DNA of 64,000 bases from Candidatus Saccharimonadales bacterium. Its GTDB lineage: Bacteria; Patescibacteriota; Microgenomatia; Levybacterales; UBA12049. Below are positions 26,637 to 36,417 of the stretch, piece by piece. The notes beneath the pieces are model-generated. The model was not told where the DNA came from and ran no database searches. It saw nothing but the letters and a program-made list of their open reading frames with translations. The first letter of the stretch is position 1; each line of letters begins with the position of its first letter. The translations under genes were made by a program, and so were the position numbers. The DNA lies in contig DATIIS010000030.1 of the NCBI GenBank assembly GCA_035479415.1, positions 864 to 64,863 of the forward strand. Reading direction: 5' to 3'.

Positions 26637-27923
26637 ATGGTTGAATTACTTACTCAGACAGCTGCAGAACGCCGACAAAAACTAAGAACATGGAATGGTA
26701 AAAAGCGTGAAGAATTAAGGGATACTTTTACTGATCCTATTGCAATTTATGCAAAAAATGTTAGAAGATTTGTCCAAGAACAACCTGAAAAAGTTAATAA
26801 AATTGCTCATTGGAATGACATTGAGCAATTCTCATATATATCACAAAGTATTCCGATGGTCTCGACACCTTCACGATTTTCTGAGTATACATCCTTGCTT
26901 TCTCATCAAGATTCAGGCAATATGAGTCCTAGTAATTATGGATTTAATAGTAGTAGAGGTTTTTTTGAACAAGCGGATGGGAGATATAACCATTTCCTCA
27001 TGACTGTCACGAGTAGCCCATATAGACAAGTTACACCTCTCCGCGCGCCAATAGGAGAATATGGATCAGAGTTAGCAGAAAAGATGCTTCGTACGATGAT
27101 GTTTCTTGTTGAATTTGCAGGGCAGGATCGTCAAACACATGATGCATTTATACATAAAGTTGATACACATAGAAATGTCGCAGAACGTCATATATTACGA
27201 GGATTAGACAAAAATTCTTCAGGTCCTGAAGAAGGCGCAGTGGCAAGTTTGCAAGAAGGCATACCTTCAATGTTCTCGGTACTTTTTATGCATACTGCAG
27301 AGAAAATAAAAGGATACGAAAATAATCCAGATGGCGCAGTTAAACTTGTTTGTGAAAGCGATCTTATTAACGCAACCACTGGAATATCACCATTAGCAGT
27401 TGCTTTTCCTATGCAAGCATATGGTAGTTATTTTAGAAATCCTAACGAGTTTGCTGATAATAACAAATTAGTTTGCAGCACTAAGCTAATTAAAAGCCTT
27501 GAAATAATGAAAATAAAATCTGATCAGTTGGAGTATGATGCATGGGTGAAGTATTTTAACGGAGAAACAGATGGAATCCATCCGGTTCGTTTAGGACTAG
27601 TTTGCCCTGTATATGGGGATTTTAAAAATAATGATAGAGTATTAACTTCTGGAGGAATATCAATGATCACAAAATTAATTCCACTTGTTGCCGATTGTAT
27701 TACTATAGATTCTGGATCTCAAAGTGAACATCGACTTGCTAAAGACATTCCTCTTTTTATTAATCCACAAGCAGAATATTTAGGAGATTTTGTGCAAAGA
27801 GTAGGATTGATGCGTAGAAGTGGTGAATTAGCAAATTCAAGGAAAGTACAATTTATAGGAGCGCCCGATATTTTTACTAGATCAGCACTTTCGGATACAT
27901 ATAGGCGCTCAGAAGTGAGATGA
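26637..27923 (+). CDS. Hypothetical cytoplasmic protein, no recognisable family
   Basis: 428-aa uninterrupted ORF with no TM helices. Its 3' end overlaps the convergent ABC-2 permease gene by 47 nt. Confidence 0.55.
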   Translation: MVELLTQTAAERRQKLRTWNGKKREELRDTFTDPIAIYAKNVRRFVQEQPEKVNKIAHWNDIEQFSYISQSIPMVSTPSRFSEYTSLLSHQDSGNMSPSNYGFNSSRGFFEQADGRYNHFLMTVTSSPYRQVTPLRAPIGEYGSELAEKMLRTMMFLVEFAGQDRQTHDAFIHKVDTHRNVAERHILRGLDKNSSGPEEGAVASLQEGIPSMFSVLFMHTAEKIKGYENNPDGAVKLVCESDLINATTGISPLAVAFPMQAYGSYFRNPNEFADNNKLVCSTKLIKSLEIMKIKSDQLEYDAWVKYFNGETDGIHPVRLGLVCPVYGDFKNNDRVLTSGGISMITKLIPLVADCITIDSGSQSEHRLAKDIPLFINPQAEYLGDFVQRVGLMRRSGELANSRKVQFIGAPDIFTRSALSDTYRRSEVR

Positions 27924-28650
27924 GAAATGTGACAACAGCAAGAACACCAATATCAAGCGGAATTTGAGCGAGCGAATTTCCTACAAGAAGAGCACGAAGT
28001 CCGTCAACCATATAGCTCAGTGGATTAATATTTGCAACAAATTGAAGCCAAGATGGCATAATATCGATTGGGTAAATTGCATTGGATGCAAAGAAAAGTG
28101 GTAAGGTGATGACCTGTCCAATACCCATAAATCGCTCACGAGTTTTAACGAGTGACGCAATTATCATTGAAAGTCCTGTGAAGAAACTCCCTCCCAAAAC
28201 CACTAGAAGAATTGTCCCAACAACAGAGACTATCGTAAAATGAAGTTTGATATTTAAGATCAGTGCAAAAAGAAAAACAATAATTACCTGACTAATTCCT
28301 CTGACACCTGCTGATGCCATCTTCCCCCATACGAGTGCAAGTCGTGGAGTAGGAGAAACGAGAAATTTCTGAAGTACTCCCATATCACGCTCCCAAATGA
28401 TTGAAAGTCCATAAAATATCGCGATAAAGACGACAGATTGAGTCAAAATTCCTGGAGTTATAAATTGGAGATAGGTGACACCGTTGGTTGGGATTGCTCT
28501 CGCTTTACTTAATGCTTCTCCAAAAATTCCAAGCCAAAGAATTGGCTGAATAGCTCGAGTCGCGATTTCTGTCGGATCATGAAGAAGTTTGCGAACTTCC
28601 ATTTCTGCGATGTAATAAGATTTTGATAATACTTGGTATATGTAATTCAT
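27877..28650 (-). CDS. ABC-2 type transporter permease
   Basis: 257 aa, six TM helices, typical ABC-2 N-terminus (EVRKLLHDPTEIATRAIQPILW). Downstream of the ATPase gene. Confidence 0.75.
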   Translation of the reverse strand: MNYIYQVLSKSYYIAEMEVRKLLHDPTEIATRAIQPILWLGIFGEALSKARAIPTNGVTYLQFITPGILTQSVVFIAIFYGLSIIWERDMGVLQKFLVSPTPRLALVWGKMASAGVRGISQVIIVFLFALILNIKLHFTIVSVVGTILLVVLGGSFFTGLSMIIASLVKTRERFMGIGQVITLPLFFASNAIYPIDIMPSWLQFVANINPLSYMVDGLRALLVGNSLAQIPLDIGVLAVVTFLISLLSAYMYPKVLI

Positions 28651-28763
28651 ATAATTTTCAGTTTTTAATTTTCAATTTTCATTAAATTTTCAATGACATA
28701 ATGTTTAAAAATTGAAACATTGATTTTTGAGTGAAAATTAGAAATTGCAAATTGAAAATTAAG

Positions 28764-29576
28764 TTATCCCAATCTCCTTTCATTTGCTCGCAATTGTTTG
28801 ATATCACGGATATTGCCAGACTCTTGAATCGCGGCTCCGGTAAAGTAAATAAATGCATCTTCAAGCGTTGCATGTTTCTTTTTGGTTTGTTTGGTCAATT
28901 CTTCAACTGTTCCAATTGCGGCAACATTGCCTTTTTGCATTATCGCAACTCTATCTGCAACTTCTTCAGCTTCTTCCATATAATGTGTTGAGAAAAAAAT
29001 AGTTGTACCAAATTGCGTACGGAGTTCAAGTAGATGCTTCCAAACATTTCTCCTCGCTACTGGATCAAGACCAGTTGTTGGCTCATCAAGAAAAATAACA
29101 TGTGGTCTATGAAGCATTGCTTGTCCGATTTCAAGTTTTCTTACCATTCCACCAGAAAAGTTTTTAACGAGGATGTCTTTAACTTGCTGCAAATCAAGAA
29201 ATGTCAAAATTTCTTCAATTCGTGGCATTCGCTCAGAGCGAGGTATATCATACAATTTTGCCATAAGTTTGAGATTCTCAATTGCAGTGAGGGATCCATC
29301 AACAGAAAGCATTTGTGGAACGTATCCAATGACTCGCCTGGTGTTATTGGGATCTTCAGTGATGTTATGTTTATCGATAAGTATTTTCCCTGAGGTAGGT
29401 TTTAATAACGTAATTAGCATTTTAATGGTAGTTGATTTGCCTGCACCATTTGGTCCAACGAAGGCAAAGACTTCACGTTTGTTAACAGTAAAAGAAATAT
29501 TGTTTACTGCAGTAAAATCATCAAATTGTTTCACTAGATGATCTACCGTGAGTATCACGTCATTTTTATTTTTCAT
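28764..29576 (-). CDS. ABC transporter ATP-binding protein (DrrA-like)
   Basis: Walker A GPNGAGKST, signature FSGGMVRKLEIG, Walker B VIFLDEPTTGLD. Confidence 0.9.
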   Translation of the reverse strand: MKNKNDVILTVDHLVKQFDDFTAVNNISFTVNKREVFAFVGPNGAGKSTTIKMLITLLKPTSGKILIDKHNITEDPNNTRRVIGYVPQMLSVDGSLTAIENLKLMAKLYDIPRSERMPRIEEILTFLDLQQVKDILVKNFSGGMVRKLEIGQAMLHRPHVIFLDEPTTGLDPVARRNVWKHLLELRTQFGTTIFFSTHYMEEAEEVADRVAIMQKGNVAAIGTVEELTKQTKKKHATLEDAFIYFTGAAIQESGNIRDIKQLRANERRLG

Positions 29577-29673
29577 AGCTATAATTTTGAAATTTCGAAA
29601 GAGAGAGGTACAATAAGACTATCTATTACCAACTATAAAATTATACCATACGTAAGCTTAATATTTGATTAAT

Positions 29674-30324
29674 ATGAAAAGAATTAGTATCTTTGTTGTT
29701 TCTTTACTCGTTGGATTTTTGGTAGTTGTCGGATTTGCATATGCAACTCGTGAACAGCATATTATTGCTGCATCAAATGTATCCAACTCGCCACTAACAA
29801 CAAAATTTTCTCTTGTTGATGCACCAAGCAATTCTTTAAAAGGAAAAATTGCCTCAATGTCTGGATCTGTACTTTGGCTTTCACGTACTGCTCGCAAACC
29901 AGTACAATTGCATTCATCCCAAGCAATTCAGCAAGGCGAGGAAATAACAACAGGTGAGAATAGTAGTGTTTCAATAGTTATAAAAAATACTGATGAATTT
30001 ATGTTATCTGGAAATACTCATGTTAATTTTATTCAGATGCTTCCAATAAATCTTGTTGTCGCTCAAAATAAAGGTTCTGTACTTTATGAAAATACTGGTG
30101 ATAATGCACTGACAGTTAATGCTCTTGATTTGATAGCAACAATTAATAGAGCTTGGGTCGCAATCTCCGTTGACCCAGATGCAGGAACGGTAACTATTGA
30201 TGTCCAAAAAGGTGCCACAACTATTGGGTATGAGGATTCTCAAAACACCAGCCAAGTGGTACAAGTAACTGCTGGAAAAGAATTTGTTTTTGATGACACA
30301 ACGAGAACGGGAAGTAGCGAATAA
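29674..30324 (+). CDS. Secreted/membrane-anchored hypothetical protein (FecR-like beta-rich domain possible)
   Basis: N-terminal TM/signal (ISIFVVSLLVGFLVVVGFAYA) and a beta-rich body. Weak family call. Confidence 0.5.
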   Translation: MKRISIFVVSLLVGFLVVVGFAYATREQHIIAASNVSNSPLTTKFSLVDAPSNSLKGKIASMSGSVLWLSRTARKPVQLHSSQAIQQGEEITTGENSSVSIVIKNTDEFMLSGNTHVNFIQMLPINLVVAQNKGSVLYENTGDNALTVNALDLIATINRAWVAISVDPDAGTVTIDVQKGATTIGYEDSQNTSQVVQVTAGKEFVFDDTTRTGSSE

Positions 30325-30336
30325 GAGTTTTAGTAG

Positions 30337-31509
30337 CTATTTATAAGAAGCAAGTGGCGTAAGCATTGTTTTCCCTTCATATCCGAGCGCCCATAAAGCA
30401 ATGCCACTAAGTTGTTTTTGATTCGCGAGATTTACAGTGGAGACTACTGATTGTACATCAGGGAAATAAATTTGGTGAAACGTCTCTGCATCCTGGTCTT
30501 TATATACTACAAATTCTTCTTGAGATTCGTTATCAAAAAAAACATTGCAATCAGTACATGTCGGCAAGAAAGATTCCATTCTATTATCACTTGCAAGTGC
30601 TCCAGTTCCAGGTATAACTGGAGCATGAATTGCTGTTGTGAGCGTTTCCCATTTATAACCGTAGAGTGGCATCCCAATAATAACTTTGTCAGGCGGAATT
30701 TGCTGTACTGTTTTCTCAACAGCACTTGTGACATCATATTCCAAATCGATACCTGCACCAGTCAGTGGTGCAACAGGACCTGTTACAAATGAGACTGACG
30801 AATGATAATCATATGCCATAATAATCATATTGTCGGCATACTGCCCGACAATTCGGATATCAATCAGATTTGGAATAATCGCATCAGTTGGACTTATCTC
30901 AACTGTAAGTGTTCCAAGGTGTTTTTGATTAAGCTTGTGTTTGACCTCTTTTACAAATGTAGAAAAGCTATTTCGTGTTTGAGTAGATGCAGTTGCAGTA
31001 TCTTCGATATCAAGATTAAGATCTTGGAAATGATATTGTTTCATAATTGGTGCGACCTCAGTAACAAGAGTATCGGCACTCATAATAGGCTTACTAATCA
31101 TCTGATGTATATCATTGGAATTTCCACTTGAGATGAGAAGGGAAAGTCTGATATTTTTCTTTCTTGCGTTGGTGAAGATTTGAGTTACTTTGCCTGAGTG
31201 AAGCGCACTCCAGCCAGGGTCTTTTTTTTGTGGGTTCATCAATTTGACAATATGTCCTTCTCCATTGACGTTGAGCGCAAAATAAGTAAGTGTCGTTATA
31301 TAGTTGTCCTCATTAGGTCCGGCATTATTTAACTGCCAATACGGGAGAAATCCGATAACTTGTTTAGAGGCTTTTTCTGTTGGCTGTGCAGGGAATGATG
31401 GTTTAATATATATGAAATAGAAATACCCGCCGATAAGAATTCCTACTGCAAATCCAATAAGCGCGATAAAAACGTTTTTAGTCAGCATATGGTATCTGTA
31501 TGGTAGCAT
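30337..31509 (-). CDS. Glycoside hydrolase family 18-like protein
   Basis: N-terminal TM anchor, GH18 catalytic-type motif FQDLNLDIED (DxxDxDxE-like) and a YDYH segment. Confidence 0.65.
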   Translation of the reverse strand: MLPYRYHMLTKNVFIALIGFAVGILIGGYFYFIYIKPSFPAQPTEKASKQVIGFLPYWQLNNAGPNEDNYITTLTYFALNVNGEGHIVKLMNPQKKDPGWSALHSGKVTQIFTNARKKNIRLSLLISSGNSNDIHQMISKPIMSADTLVTEVAPIMKQYHFQDLNLDIEDTATASTQTRNSFSTFVKEVKHKLNQKHLGTLTVEISPTDAIIPNLIDIRIVGQYADNMIIMAYDYHSSVSFVTGPVAPLTGAGIDLEYDVTSAVEKTVQQIPPDKVIIGMPLYGYKWETLTTAIHAPVIPGTGALASDNRMESFLPTCTDCNVFFDNESQEEFVVYKDQDAETFHQIYFPDVQSVVSTVNLANQKQLSGIALWALGYEGKTMLTPLASYK

Positions 31510-31573
31510 ATCTTTTTAAAAGGTAGAAATCTCAATAGATTTCTTATTGACAATAATACTGTTATATCAGACA

Positions 31574-31837
31574 ATGGAGCCAATGAATAAAACACTTATT
31601 CTGGTATCAGTTATTGTCGGAATTCTTCTTATTGCCGCAGCAGTTGCATACTTTATGATACCTGCACGATATCTACCAAGCTTCTTCCCTGGTTATGATA
31701 GATCATTGATGACTCATCATTACAAGCATGGAATTGGCGCATTTATTCTTGGAATTGGATGTTTTATTTTTGCCTGGTTCCGAAGCGGCAAAAAAAATTC
31801 TACCTCATCACCTAAAGAAGAAAAGCAAGGTGAGTAA
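31574..31837 (+). CDS. Small membrane protein
   Basis: Two predicted TM helices. The internal ATG at 31574 is preferred over the TTG at 31547. 30-nt convergent overlap with uppP. Confidence 0.4.
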   Translation: MEPMNKTLILVSVIVGILLIAAAVAYFMIPARYLPSFFPGYDRSLMTHHYKHGIGAFILGIGCFIFAWFRSGKKNSTSSPKEEKQGE

Positions 31838-32662
31838 AGACCCAACAACTGTACAATATACTGCAAAAGGAGTAAGTGTATTTGTTTGAAAATACCTTGT
31901 TAAGAATTTTACAGATAAGAAAGCTGCAATCCCTGCTGCAATTGCGCCGATAATTGCCGCGGTAATTGCTGGACCACTCGCATGTGCAAGTTCTGGGAGT
32001 TTCAAAAGTGACGCAGCACCGATAATTGGGGTCGCCAACAGAAAAGCAAATCGTGCAGAATCCTCATGTGAAAGCCCTGTCAGAAGTCCGCCTGTTAGTG
32101 TCGCACCTGTTCTTGAGAAACCTGGAATGAGAGCAATAGATTGGAGAAGACCTATCTTCACAGCTTGAAACCATGTAATTTTGGCGAGTCGTTCATTGCT
32201 GCCTGTAGAAATCTGTTCTTTTCTTTTTTTTCTCAGAAATTCAGCACCAAAGAGAAGAAGGCCATTGAATATAAGCACTCCAGCGACAAGGGAAGGGTTG
32301 GCAAAAAGACTTTGTAATGAGTCCTGAAATAATAATCCAAGTATTCCTGCAGGGATTGTCGCGACTACGAGAAGCCAACCTAATTTTGCATCTTTATCGC
32401 TTTCTTTTATCTCACGTTCTTTCAGTGAACGAATAAGTCCGATGATAATCCGTTTCCAATCATTAAAGAAGAAGAAAAAAAGAACAATTGCAGTTGCGGT
32501 ATGAGTAGCAATCAAAAAGGTGAGAAAAAATGGAGCGCTTTGATCAATATTCCATCCAAGAAGAGCCGGAAGAACAACACTATGACCAAGACTTGAGATG
32601 GGAAAAAGTTCAGTTATTCCTTGTACAATTCCAAATACTACTGCTTGAAAAGGAGTAAGCAT
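31808..32662 (-). CDS. uppP: Undecaprenyl-diphosphate phosphatase
   Basis: BacA/UppP N-terminal motif VQGITELFPISSLGHSVV and the C-terminal PGFSRTGATLTGGLL motif. Confidence 0.9.
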   Translation of the reverse strand: MLTPFQAVVFGIVQGITELFPISSLGHSVVLPALLGWNIDQSAPFFLTFLIATHTATAIVLFFFFFNDWKRIIIGLIRSLKEREIKESDKDAKLGWLLVVATIPAGILGLLFQDSLQSLFANPSLVAGVLIFNGLLLFGAEFLRKKRKEQISTGSNERLAKITWFQAVKIGLLQSIALIPGFSRTGATLTGGLLTGLSHEDSARFAFLLATPIIGAASLLKLPELAHASGPAITAAIIGAIAAGIAAFLSVKFLTRYFQTNTLTPFAVYCTVVGSLLTLLFFFR

Positions 32663-32749
32663 AACTGAAGTATATCATGGAAAATGAGAAATGAAAAATG
32701 AGTTTTTGGAAGTTAGTTTGTCTTTTCTATTTTTTCATTCGGTTAATAC

Positions 32750-34777
32750 TTATTTTATTTTCAATACACTTACTTCGGAATTATGAAATACAACACTCAG
32801 AAATTTGGGTGGGTGTTTGGCTAGTGGTTGTGTCGATTCAAGATAGATATAACCAATATTATTTTGATGTAACATATCATTCACTTGTGATGAATTTCTA
32901 TTAGCCAAAGTAATTTTTTGAATTTGTATTCGTTTGTCCGTATTTACCCCATGACTTTGTACAATGCTATTTGTATTGGCATCGCCATCAATATAAAGAG
33001 ATCTGTCTGAAAGAAAGCTCAGATAATAAGAGAAATTACCAGTCCATGTCCTTGGATCATAGACAGGAATTGCGATTCGTTTTTGTAATTTTTTATCATA
33101 GACAAATACTTGAGGTCTTTTAAGATTGTCTGCAAGAATCACTGCATTTTTTGGTGAATTATTTTTTATGTACGTGAGCGCTTGCAGCTGTTTGGTATCA
33201 ACAAAAATGTTGGGCGTATTGGCATAAATTTGTGAGATATAGACATGGGCTGTATCGAGAACTCTTGGAATAGTCAGTAGGACAACAATAACAATAGCTA
33301 TATATTTCAACGTATTGTTTAGTTTGTCAATCCAATAACCACAGGCGAGAGCAGTATAAATTGATCCGACGATCTCTGTTGTGATAAGAAATTGAGAACT
33401 ATTGGCGCCTCCGGATGTCTGGATAAAGAAAAAACCTAAAATTGTCGAAATTATAATTGCAGGAATGAGAAAAATATTGATTTCTCTTGGAAAATACGCA
33501 AGTGATTTACGGGTCTGAAAAATGCCAAAGAGAAGTGTTCCAAAAACAAAAATAATATATAACAATGCAAAGAATATCTCAAATCTCGCAACTCCAAACC
33601 AATTATGATGGGAAGCATAGATCTCTCTTGCCATTTCAAAATGGACGAGATTGAGGTGTGGTTGGGAAATAAAATTTTCAAAACGCCAACCGCCAGTAAA
33701 GACAAGACCACCAGAATTTGCATTGACTGGTAAATACAGAATAAGACTTAGGATACCTGTAAGAAGCAAAGGAATAATCATACGGAATTGTCGTTTTATG
33801 AGAAAATAAATAAAAAGAGCAGCAACTCCTGAAGCCATAAAAATTCCATCATATATCTTAAAACTTACAAGACTTGCAAAAACAAATGCAGTGAGAATTC
33901 CAAGGATAAATTTCTTTTCTCTTATCCAAAGATACAGAAGACTCATTCCCGCAAAAAAGACAACTGCCGCAAAAACACGAGGTGGACTAACCCACAGCCA
34001 GAGTGAATTTTCGAGTGTTGGTACATTGAAATTAAATCCACCTTTATTTAAAAAAGTAAGGACAAATGTGATATCTCCACTGAAATAAATGAAGAATACT
34101 AAAAAACGAAGGAATGATTTTTTCATCTTAAGCAGTTGTCCAAATGCCACAGGAGCAAGTCCCAAAAGAAGTGAAAGCAGAAGAGTAAGATATTGATATT
34201 GTGTCGAGATCAAGGGAAGGTTGAATACTCTGATTAGATCAGCTGAAACAAGATTGCTCATGTAATGATAATTGTGGACAATTACTCCTGCCATTCCTGG
34301 TTCAGATGGTGGGACTTGTTTGATGAGCTCATTTGTTAGCGCAATATGATAAAGAGAATCAGGAGGTGTACAGCAGAATGAAATTCCATTTGTGGTTGTA
34401 ATACCGACAAAAAAGACACTGGTTAATTGGAGAAGTGTTCCGACAAGTATGAGAGCAAGTAGAAGAAAATCAAGTTGTTTAATTTTTATTTTTTTAAATG
34501 CACCAGGTATGCGTTTTATTTCACCTGATTTTATCCATAGAATGAGAAATATAAAAAGATAAATATATGTCATCCATCGAATTCCTAAGAAGCCAAAAAC
34601 AAATCCTTGCCAGCCCCAGAGTGCGATACCTGTGACAGTTGAAAGGATAATTTTTTGAAACGGAGTAAGATTGAGCTTCTTTAAGAAAAAATTACCAGGG
34701 ATATAAAAAGCGAGAAAGACAGTGACAAAAAAGTAAAGAAAGAAGAGCCAGAACGAAGGAAGAAGAAAGGTTGTCAT
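32750..34777 (-). CDS. Large polytopic membrane protein with C-terminal soluble domain (GT-C-like glycosyltransferase possible)
   Basis: 675 aa, more than 12 TM helices then a ~170-aa soluble tail. The architecture resembles GT-C/PMT-type enzymes, but no motif was verified. Confidence 0.5.
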   Translation of the reverse strand: MTTFLLPSFWLFFLYFFVTVFLAFYIPGNFFLKKLNLTPFQKIILSTVTGIALWGWQGFVFGFLGIRWMTYIYLFIFLILWIKSGEIKRIPGAFKKIKIKQLDFLLLALILVGTLLQLTSVFFVGITTTNGISFCCTPPDSLYHIALTNELIKQVPPSEPGMAGVIVHNYHYMSNLVSADLIRVFNLPLISTQYQYLTLLLSLLLGLAPVAFGQLLKMKKSFLRFLVFFIYFSGDITFVLTFLNKGGFNFNVPTLENSLWLWVSPPRVFAAVVFFAGMSLLYLWIREKKFILGILTAFVFASLVSFKIYDGIFMASGVAALFIYFLIKRQFRMIIPLLLTGILSLILYLPVNANSGGLVFTGGWRFENFISQPHLNLVHFEMAREIYASHHNWFGVARFEIFFALLYIIFVFGTLLFGIFQTRKSLAYFPREINIFLIPAIIISTILGFFFIQTSGGANSSQFLITTEIVGSIYTALACGYWIDKLNNTLKYIAIVIVVLLTIPRVLDTAHVYISQIYANTPNIFVDTKQLQALTYIKNNSPKNAVILADNLKRPQVFVYDKKLQKRIAIPVYDPRTWTGNFSYYLSFLSDRSLYIDGDANTNSIVQSHGVNTDKRIQIQKITLANRNSSQVNDMLHQNNIGYIYLESTQPLAKHPPKFLSVVFHNSEVSVLKIK

Positions 34778-34854
34778 ATTTTTACAAGCTCTACAGAATT
34801 ATAGCATGTTTGGTCGCTCGATATTATTTAAAAAAATAAAGGAATATTATTTAC

Positions 34855-35595
34855 TTAAAATTGTGTGGCGAGAGGGATGACGCCTTGGTCAGGAACTCCA
34901 AACCAATACGAAGTTCCATTGGTGCCATCTGCATTTTTTGATTCAATAATTATGAGATTGTCAGCTGCCCATCCTGTTGCTGATCCAAATGCCGCTGCAC
35001 TTACATCTTTTGCAAATACTCCAGTTAGATCAAGGAATTCGTTCCCATTGCTAAGTGGTTTGCCACTGCCATTGAAGACCATAACCTGAGTTCCATCAGT
35101 TGAATTTTCTTGGATAAAGAAATAATTGTCGCCTGGTGACCAAGTGTTGTATGGGACAATAAGACTATCACCTGTAGGGAGAGTTCGGCTGTAGACAATT
35201 GGCCCATCATCAATCTGTACTTCATAGGTTGTATTGCCATCTTTAGTACCGACTGTATCAATTGTTACTTTTCTTGTTCCATCAGGTGAGGTCTGCGATG
35301 TAGTTGAAATAGCAGGAGTAAATACAATAGTAGGTTTGGTTGTGACTTTTGCAGGTTTTAGTACATCCATCACGGTAGGAGCAACTGTCGGAGCAGGAGT
35401 TGCAATTACGACCGCGGCTTCCTGAGAGGTAGGAGGTTGTGGAGTTTGCTGCTCAAGACTTTCTTTCTGAGATTGCATCGCTTGAATAAGAGTTTGTTGA
35501 TGTGAATTCATATGCGCCAAAACGAAATATCCTACCAGAGCGCCTGCGAGGACAAAGACAAGTACTTCAAGTTCTAAATATTTTTTAAGCATCAT
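34855..35595 (-). CDS. Secreted hypothetical protein with Pro/Thr-rich linker
   Basis: N-terminal TM/signal, PT-rich spacer and a beta-rich C-domain. 2 nt downstream of the YkuD gene. Confidence 0.55.
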   Translation of the reverse strand: MMLKKYLELEVLVFVLAGALVGYFVLAHMNSHQQTLIQAMQSQKESLEQQTPQPPTSQEAAVVIATPAPTVAPTVMDVLKPAKVTTKPTIVFTPAISTTSQTSPDGTRKVTIDTVGTKDGNTTYEVQIDDGPIVYSRTLPTGDSLIVPYNTWSPGDNYFFIQENSTDGTQVMVFNGSGKPLSNGNEFLDLTGVFAKDVSAAAFGSATGWAADNLIIIESKNADGTNGTSYWFGVPDQGVIPLATQF

Positions 35596-35597
35596 AA

Positions 35598-36326
35598 TTA
35601 GTCAGAAATTGGATTATTTTGAACACAGTTATTCGGTGGTGAAAAAGAATTACAGATCGAGACAGCGGTCCCTTGTTGGTCGCCTGATGGCCCATCGGCC
35701 CATTCATACAACGCTTTTGCATCGACTTGGCGCTCATTAATACATCCATGACTCATCATATGACCAAAATTATTGTGCCAATAAGCTCCATGAAGACCAA
35801 AGTCTTGATAGAAATACATAACATAAGGGACATTTGGAAGATCATATGCATCAGCTCCTGATCCACCTGACATACGAGTGGAGACTAACTTCTCCCAAAT
35901 ATGGAAGTTGCCAACGGGTGTCGGGTCCCATTTGCCAGAGGAGATAAAGTAATTCAGAACAAGATCAGATCCTTGATATGCGTAGAGCCGTTGAGTTGAG
36001 AGGTCAACGTAAATATGTTTGTCTCCAGATGCAGTTGATGCGCCAAGAACGGAATTTGATGTATTGCCCATAGTGAGACTCATTTTAGGTGGGATAACTT
36101 TATGTCCTTCAAATGTACCAACTGCATTGTTATCGATGTGTACTGAAAGATCGCTTTGGCAAGTTTTGGAATTAGCACAAAGGGTGGGTGGTTTCATGAA
36201 AAAAATGCCTATGACAACAACGATAACTGCCGAAAGCATCGTGACAAAATACATTTGGATATAATATCCTGTGTTTTTTTTGATTTTAGGAGAGGGAGAT
36301 TTTGTATGTTTTACTTTTTTCGGCAC
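35598..36326 (-). CDS. L,D-transpeptidase (YkuD domain)
   Basis: YkuD catalytic motif HGAYWHNNFGHMMSHGCINE. N-terminal TM anchor. Confidence 0.8.
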   Translation of the reverse strand: MPKKVKHTKSPSPKIKKNTGYYIQMYFVTMLSAVIVVVIGIFFMKPPTLCANSKTCQSDLSVHIDNNAVGTFEGHKVIPPKMSLTMGNTSNSVLGASTASGDKHIYVDLSTQRLYAYQGSDLVLNYFISSGKWDPTPVGNFHIWEKLVSTRMSGGSGADAYDLPNVPYVMYFYQDFGLHGAYWHNNFGHMMSHGCINERQVDAKALYEWADGPSGDQQGTAVSICNSFSPPNNCVQNNPISD

Positions 36327-36417
36327 TCTTCTAGAATAATAGATTTCTCAAGCATTTTGCAAATGGGAATTTTACGAAAATTGACAGGTACTAGGAGGTT
36401 TATTATAATTTTATGCT

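Noticed and set aside
34855-35595. LPTGD in the secreted protein considered as a sortase motif
   Set aside because: It is internal (TLPTGDSLIV), does not fit LPxTG, and is not followed by a hydrophobic anchor.
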